From Novosphingobium sp. UBA6272 (GTDB taxonomy: Bacteria > Pseudomonadota > Alphaproteobacteria > Sphingomonadales > Sphingomonadaceae), in NCBI RefSeq assembly GCF_002440635.1, contig NZ_DJUW01000006.1, positions 29,016-93,015 on the forward strand: a stretch of DNA of 64,000 nt, written 5' to 3'. Below, one piece after another: positions 58,826 through 64,000 of the stretch. Numbering within the stretch: the first letter of the stretch is position 1; each line of letters begins with the position of its first letter. The position numbers and the translations under genes were made by a program. The notes under the pieces were generated by a model. The model searched no databases. It was not told the DNA's origin and saw only the letters and a program-made list of their open reading frames with translations.

Positions 58826-59523
58826 CCCACGATCCGTTCCAGCGCGAAGCGGGCATAGGCCTCGCGCGCGGCTTGCCAGTCATCCGCGCCCAATGCCCGC
58901 AGTGCGAACAGGCTGCGCTCAACCCGGGTGGCGATCAGGCCGAAGGTGCTGCGCGCGCCTTCGGACAGGCCTGGCAGCAAGGCGATTTCGCGCGCGGTGC
59001 TGGCCTTCTGGACCCAGCCGGGGCGGACATTGACGATCTGCTGGACCGAGCGGCGCAGCAGCAGGTGGGTTGCTTCGTCATAGCGGCCCTCGGCAGCAAG
59101 ACGGTCGGCATCCTCGAGCAGGGCGCGCGCCTCATGCTCCTGCGGGATCCATTCCTCTTCGCCCGGCGCCGCCTTGCCCTTGTTGCGGCGCCCGGCCAGC
59201 GCCGGTTCGAAGATCCGGACCAAGGCATAGATCACGGCAACCGCGAACAGCGCGATCAGCACCCACATCAGCACGTTCCAAGTCATGCCGAGCGCCTGGC
59301 CGATCGGTTCGAAAATCGCCCGCAGGACATCGCCGATCGCTTTGAGCCAGCCGGGCGTTTCGGACGGCTTGGCATCGATATTGATCGGGGTGAACTGGAT
59401 CGACTTGTCGGCATGCACGGCCTGCCAGTCGCGCGCGGCGTCCTGTGCTGCGGTTGCCCCCTCAATGGCCGGTGCCGGTGTGCTCACGCGGGCAGTGTTT
59501 GCACGGCGGCGAAGCCGGGGCAA
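58822..59523 (-). CDS. DUF4129-like membrane protein
   Basis: Central TM segment and C-terminal helical domain. First gene of the cluster. Confidence 0.55.
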   Translation of the reverse strand: MPRLRRRANTARVSTPAPAIEGATAAQDAARDWQAVHADKSIQFTPINIDAKPSETPGWLKAIGDVLRAIFEPIGQALGMTWNVLMWVLIALFAVAVIYALVRIFEPALAGRRNKGKAAPGEEEWIPQEHEARALLEDADRLAAEGRYDEATHLLLRRSVQQIVNVRPGWVQKASTAREIALLPGLSEGARSTFGLIATRVERSLFALRALGADDWQAAREAYARFALERIVG

Positions 59524-59547
59524 GCCATGGTTGCGGCTAAATTCCGC

Positions 59548-60441
59548 TTAACCGCGAACAAGTTCCTGACGATAGGTGCCCAGCAGGCGCAGTTCCTTGC
59601 AGTGGAACGCCAGTTCTTCCAGCGCCCGGTCAACAGACGGATCGCCTGGCGCGCCGATGATATCGGCATAGAACATGGTAGCGGCAAAGCTGGCGCCCTT
59701 CTGATAGCTTTCCAGCTTGGTCATGTTGACGCCGTTGGTGGCGAAACCGCCCATCGCCTTGTACAAAGCGGCGGGGATATTCTTCACTTCGAACACGAAA
59801 GTGGTCATCGCCGGCGCACCATCAAGGCTGGCCGGATCAAGCGGTTCGCGCGCCAGCACGACGAAGCGGGTCATGTTGTCGGCCGCATCCTCGACATTGT
59901 CGTCGATCACCTTCAGCCCATAGAGCTCGGCAGCGATGCGCGGCGCGACGGCGCAGGCCTGTGGATCGCCCTGCTCGGCCACATAGGCCGCGGCCCCGGC
60001 GGTATCGGCATAGCTGATCGGCACGATCCCGCGTTCCCGCAAATAGAACCGCGACTGGCCCAGCGCCTGCGGATGCGAATAGGCCACCGCGAAGGGCCCG
60101 TCGCCCAGCGCCATCAGCGCATGGTTGATCGCCATGAAATGCTCGCCGACGATGTAAAGCCCGCTTTCCGGCAGCAGGAAGTGGATGTCGGCGACGCGGC
60201 CATGCTGCGAATTCTCGATCGGAATGATCGCCCGCGCGGCGCGCCCGTCCTTCACCGCTTCCAGCGCGTCCTCAAAGCTGAAGCAGGGCAGCGGCAGGCA
60301 GGCCGGATCAAGCTCGGTCGCGGCGCGGTGCCCGTTGCAGCCCGGCGCGCCTTGAAACGACACCGCCCGCGCCGGATCGGCAGCGGCGGCCTTGGTCATC
60401 TCCTCGACACGGGCGAGCGCAGGGGCGGGGTAGGAATGCAT
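59548..60441 (-). CDS. pheA: prephenate dehydratase
   Basis: PDT domain ('SFQGAPG') plus an ACT domain ('TTFVFEVKNIPAALYKAMGGFA'). Confidence 0.85.
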   Translation of the reverse strand: MHSYPAPALARVEEMTKAAAADPARAVSFQGAPGCNGHRAATELDPACLPLPCFSFEDALEAVKDGRAARAIIPIENSQHGRVADIHFLLPESGLYIVGEHFMAINHALMALGDGPFAVAYSHPQALGQSRFYLRERGIVPISYADTAGAAAYVAEQGDPQACAVAPRIAAELYGLKVIDDNVEDAADNMTRFVVLAREPLDPASLDGAPAMTTFVFEVKNIPAALYKAMGGFATNGVNMTKLESYQKGASFAATMFYADIIGAPGDPSVDRALEELAFHCKELRLLGTYRQELVRG

Positions 60442-60474
60442 ATTGCGCGTGCCCCTAGGGCGCGTTGCGGAAAA

Positions 60475-61056
60475 TTACAAATCCGAACTCTTCATTCCGA
60501 AGATCGGCGTGTGCGGCTCATGCGCAGCCATGCGGGTCAGCAGCAGGTCGAGCTCGGGCTCGGCGATGATGATGCCCTGGTGGGCCGGACGGATGAAGCC
60601 GACCTGGATCATGTGGTGGTTGAAGGCGATCAGGTGATCGAAAAAGCCCAGCGCGTTGAGCAGCCCGACCGGCTTGGCGTGATAGCCAAGCTGGGCCCAG
60701 CTGACCGCTTCCCACAGCTCGTCCATCGTTCCGACCCCGCCGGGGATGGTGACGAACCCGTCAGACAGGCGGGTGAAGGCGGCCTTGCGCTCGTGCATGT
60801 CCTTGACCACGATCAGCTCGGTGCATTCGCGGTTGGCAACCTCGCTGCTGACCAGGGCTTCGGGGATCACCCCGATCACCTCGCCGCCTGCCTGCAGCGC
60901 TGCCGTGGCCACCGCGCCCATCAGGCCGAGCCGCCCGCCGCCATAGACCACCCCGATCCCGCGCTCGGCCAGGGTCCGCCCGACCTCTGCCGCCAGTTCG
61001 ATATAGCGGGGATCGTCCGGCGTTGCCGAACCGCAATAGACCGCAAGGCGCTTCAC
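60475..61056 (-). CDS. LOG-family (TIGR00730) nucleotide phosphoribohydrolase
   Basis: 'VVYGGG' and 'PGGVGTMDELWE' motifs. Confidence 0.85.
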   Translation of the reverse strand: MKRLAVYCGSATPDDPRYIELAAEVGRTLAERGIGVVYGGGRLGLMGAVATAALQAGGEVIGVIPEALVSSEVANRECTELIVVKDMHERKAAFTRLSDGFVTIPGGVGTMDELWEAVSWAQLGYHAKPVGLLNALGFFDHLIAFNHHMIQVGFIRPAHQGIIIAEPELDLLLTRMAAHEPHTPIFGMKSSDL

Positions 61057-62579
61057 CGCTTTGTCTCCACAATCAACCGGGCGGTCGCCTTAGCACCGGC
61101 CAGCACGGCTGCAAGCCCCGCGCCCGGATGGGTTCCGGCCCCGACCAGATAGAGGTTGGCCAGCTTGCCGTCGCGATGATGCGGGCGCAGCGGGCCGGAT
61201 TGCAGCGGGCTGGCCTCCAGCCCCCAGCCGGCCCCGGACCAGGCGTTGAAATCGAGCGCCAGATCGCGCGGCGTGGTGTGGAACGCGGTGATGATCCGGT
61301 CTTCGATATCGGGCACCAGTCGCCGCCCCACTTCCTTCAGCACCCGCCGCTGCAGCACCGGGCCGACCGTGTCCCAGTCGATCGGCAGCTTGGCCAGGTT
61401 GGCGACCGGCACGGTGGCGCTCAGCACGCTTTTGCCCGGCGGGGCCAGACCGGGATCGGTCAGGCTGGGGTGCGACAGCAGGATCATCATGTCCTGCGGC
61501 AGGACGCCGTGAGTGAAGATATCGTCGATCAGTCCGGCAAAGCGCGGGCCGAACAGCGCCATCCGGTGCGGGATCCCCGGCCAGGTCCCTTCCAGCCCGA
61601 AATGGACCGTAAAGGCCGAGGGGGAGAAGCGCTTCTCGACCAGGCTGCGGGCCATGGCCGGGCCGCGCTGGGTACCGCGCAGCAAGTCGCGATAGGTGTG
61701 GACCACATCGGCATTGCTGGCCGCCAGCGTCACCGCGCTGCGCCAGCCGCTGGCGCATTCGATCTCGGTCACGCGGTTGCCGACCGTGTGGACCCGCACC
61801 ACCGGATCGTGCAGCCGCAATTCTCCGCCCAGCTTCTGGAACCGTTCGGCCAGCACCTGGGCCAATCGTCCGATCCCGCCTTCGGGCCACCACGCCGGAC
61901 CCAGGCCAGCCGGGATCTGGCCAAGCAGGCCGAGCGCCGAGCTGCCGAACGGATTGGCCCCCGAAAGCAGCGCCTGAAAGGCCAGCGCCTCGCGCAGCTT
62001 CTCGCTCTTGACGAAATGGGCAGCCAGCCCCGCCGGGCTGCGCCAGCCCTGGTGGCGGACCAGCGGGCCGATGGCTTCGAGCGCGGCGAGCGGCGAGCCC
62101 TGGGCCTGTTCGGCCAGCCGCTGCCAGGCGTCGCTGCGGCTGGCGGCGCACCATTGCACGAATTCTTCGTAACCCGGCAGGTCCTGCGGGGCGAGCCGTG
62201 CCAGCTGGGCCGCGTCGGCCGGCAGATCGAGCACCGTGCCGTCGGGCCAGTTGCAGCGCCAGGCCGGCGCAACTTCAAGCAAGGGCAGGTCATCGGCGAG
62301 GTCTTCGCCGGTCAGGCTCCACAAATCGCGCAGCGCGGCGGGATCGGGAAGCGCACCAGGTCCGGCATCGAAGGTGAAGCCGTCACGCTGCCAGCTGCGG
62401 ATCAGCCCGCCAACCTGTTCGCGCGCCTCGACCAGGACCGTTGCCTGCCCGGACGCCTGCAACCGGATCGCCAGCGCCAGCCCGCCGATCCCGCCGCCGA
62501 TCACGCAGGCGCGTGGGGTCACCGGGGCCAAGGAAGCGGCCGGAGTTGAAGGCTGTTGAGTGGACTTGCGCCGCGCCAT
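61053..62579 (-). CDS. CrtI/phytoene-desaturase-family FAD-dependent oxidoreductase
   Basis: 'VIGGGIGGLALA' dinucleotide motif and CrtI-like length. Start at ATG 62579. Confidence 0.75.
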   Translation of the reverse strand: MARRKSTQQPSTPAASLAPVTPRACVIGGGIGGLALAIRLQASGQATVLVEAREQVGGLIRSWQRDGFTFDAGPGALPDPAALRDLWSLTGEDLADDLPLLEVAPAWRCNWPDGTVLDLPADAAQLARLAPQDLPGYEEFVQWCAASRSDAWQRLAEQAQGSPLAALEAIGPLVRHQGWRSPAGLAAHFVKSEKLREALAFQALLSGANPFGSSALGLLGQIPAGLGPAWWPEGGIGRLAQVLAERFQKLGGELRLHDPVVRVHTVGNRVTEIECASGWRSAVTLAASNADVVHTYRDLLRGTQRGPAMARSLVEKRFSPSAFTVHFGLEGTWPGIPHRMALFGPRFAGLIDDIFTHGVLPQDMMILLSHPSLTDPGLAPPGKSVLSATVPVANLAKLPIDWDTVGPVLQRRVLKEVGRRLVPDIEDRIITAFHTTPRDLALDFNAWSGAGWGLEASPLQSGPLRPHHRDGKLANLYLVGAGTHPGAGLAAVLAGAKATARLIVETKR

Positions 62580-62642
62580 GCCCCAGGTTGTAGAACCACC
62601 GCGCGCCAATGGAAAGCGCACCGGACAGCGCGCGCCGGTTGA

Positions 62643-63401
62643 TCAGTTGGCCATGGCCTTTTCGAACAGGGTGCGAAGGGCCTGCCCAAAGGCTTCCCGC
62701 TCTTCCGGGGTCGACATTTCGTCGATCTTGGGCTGCTCGATGCCCTGCATCGCCTGCGAAATCAGCCCGAGCTTGGCAAAGACGGGCCGCTTGCTCATGC
62801 GAATGAACTCCTCTTTTTCAGCCGGGCTCAGCGTTGGCAAGAACCTCGCCAACCCGGCATTGAGGCTTTTGTCCACATCGGCATTGACCATCGGCTGGCT
62901 CGAACTGCCTGACTGAAGCGCCTGATCGACGGTTTTGTCGAATGTCATGCTGCCTGAGAACGCTTTCATCAGTTTGCGCCCGACCGGGGAATCATAGAAC
63001 TGTCCGAGTTCCGCTGCCTCGGCTGCGGTATAGTGCCGGGCAAAGCGCGCCGCGACCCGCTCACGCATGATGGAGGTGGAACGGGTCATCCAGGTCTTGA
63101 GAAAAGGCATGGCCATGGTGCGGAACTCGGCCCGCATCCCGGGGTTGCGCTCAGCGAGCTGCGCCATGCGCGGCTCGTTGCGGACCAGCCCATCAAAAAT
63201 CGAATCCGCTCCCGCCTGGGCCATCGCCTGGATATCGACCCCGCCCAAAATGACATCGTAAAGCCGCAAATGGGCCTGATCGACTGCGACGGTCGCGGTC
63301 TCGGCCGGCTTTGCTGCCGCGTCGGTCTGGGCGGCAAGCAACCCGGGCTGGGCCAGGGCGAGGACTGAGAAAGCGGCGAGAGCTTTGAAACGGCGAGTCA
63401 A
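62643..63401 (-). CDS. DUF2059-like periplasmic protein
   Basis: TTG start after a GGAGA RBS. Signal peptide. 'ELGQFYDSPVGRKL' motif. Confidence 0.5.
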   Translation of the reverse strand: MTRRFKALAAFSVLALAQPGLLAAQTDAAAKPAETATVAVDQAHLRLYDVILGGVDIQAMAQAGADSIFDGLVRNEPRMAQLAERNPGMRAEFRTMAMPFLKTWMTRSTSIMRERVAARFARHYTAAEAAELGQFYDSPVGRKLMKAFSGSMTFDKTVDQALQSGSSSQPMVNADVDKSLNAGLARFLPTLSPAEKEEFIRMSKRPVFAKLGLISQAMQGIEQPKIDEMSTPEEREAFGQALRTLFEKAMAN

Positions 63402-63491
63402 ATTTGTTCTCCATTGCCTGCAAAGCCAGGTCCGACCGGGGGCGGCCCGAGTCTGTTGCGCGAACGATAGCAAGGCCTTAGCCTGTTGACC

Positions 63492-64000
63492 ATGACCCAG
63501 CCCCAACCCAGCCTCCTGCCTGAACGTCGCGGCCTGCTGCTCAGCCTGTTTGCGGCCCTGGCGACCGGAGCGGCCCTGCTCGCCATGGGCCGCACCGCGA
63601 TCTGCCAATGCGGCACGGTCAAGCTCTGGCACGGGGTGGTCCAGTCGAGCGAGAACAGCCAGCACATCGCCGATTGGTACAGCTTCAGCCACGTGATTCA
63701 CGGGCTGCTGTTCTATTTCTTCGCGCATATCCTGTGGCGGCGCTGGAAGCTGCTGGGCGGCAAGCCGGCGATCTGGGCCTTGCCGATCGCGATCGCATTC
63801 GAAGCGTTCTGGGAACTGCTGGAAAATTCGCCACTGATCATCGATCGCTACCGCGCGGTGACGGTCAGCTTCGGTTACGAGGGCGACAGCGTGCTCAATT
63901 CGCTGTCGGATATCGGTTTCATGGCGCTGGGCTTCTGGATAGCCAGCAAGCTGCCGTGGAAGGTCAGCCTGGCCATGGCAATCGTGTTCGAGCTGTTCAC
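63492..64000 (+). CDS. DUF2585 (UPF0314) membrane protein, 3'-truncated by window end
   Basis: Open from ATG 63492 to the window edge. 'KLWHGVVQSSENSQHIADWYSFSHVIHG' motif. Confidence 0.6.
   Translation, partial: MTQPQPSLLPERRGLLLSLFAALATGAALLAMGRTAICQCGTVKLWHGVVQSSENSQHIADWYSFSHVIHGLLFYFFAHILWRRWKLLGGKPAIWALPIAIAFEAFWELLENSPLIIDRYRAVTVSFGYEGDSVLNSLSDIGFMALGFWIASKLPWKVSLAMAIVFELF

Overview
This is a high-GC bacterial chromosome segment: hand counts on single 60-nt lines give about 63-68% GC. Gene content and REP-like CCCCTCCC..GGGAGGGG hairpins suggest an alphaproteobacterium, probably a sphingomonad (inference). I support about 75 protein-coding genes, one TPP riboswitch, and no rRNA, tRNA, CRISPR array, integrase or transposase.

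Layout:
- 0-23 kb: housekeeping genes (sspB-like, gmk, dapD) and a large acyl-CoA catabolic cluster. The cluster holds 3 ACADs, 2 SDRs, a Zn-ADH, a CoA-transferase, an APH-like kinase, an MFS transporter and a lactonase-like gene.
- 23.5-30.4 kb: accessory patch (detailed below).
- 30.4-64 kb: thiC with its riboswitch, a sulfur-handling trio, an FMO-P450-enoyl-CoA hydratase operon, cell-wall L,D-transpeptidases, ispG, GNATs, a six-gene MoxR/DUF58 cluster, pheA, LOG and a CrtI-like gene.

Most interesting locus (27240-29052): a sharply low-GC cassette (about 40-50% GC) bounded by a 14/15 inverted repeat.
- It carries three co-oriented genes of unknown function: a TIGR04255-family protein, a small helical ORF and a 181-aa orphan.
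- On its left is a HigB-like toxin that has lost its start codon, with an intact antitoxin.
- On its right is a thiC 3' end duplicated as a diverged 294-bp direct repeat around a 479-bp low-GC relic, which looks like an integration scar.
- I propose the cassette as a horizontally acquired, uncharacterised accessory or defence-type module. Its function cannot be read from the sequence.

Second notable signal: a 16-bp palindromic operator-like motif (TTAAYCG-N2-CGRTTAA) occurs in three intergenic sites. It links the ACAD cluster with the FMO-P450 operon 30 kb away.
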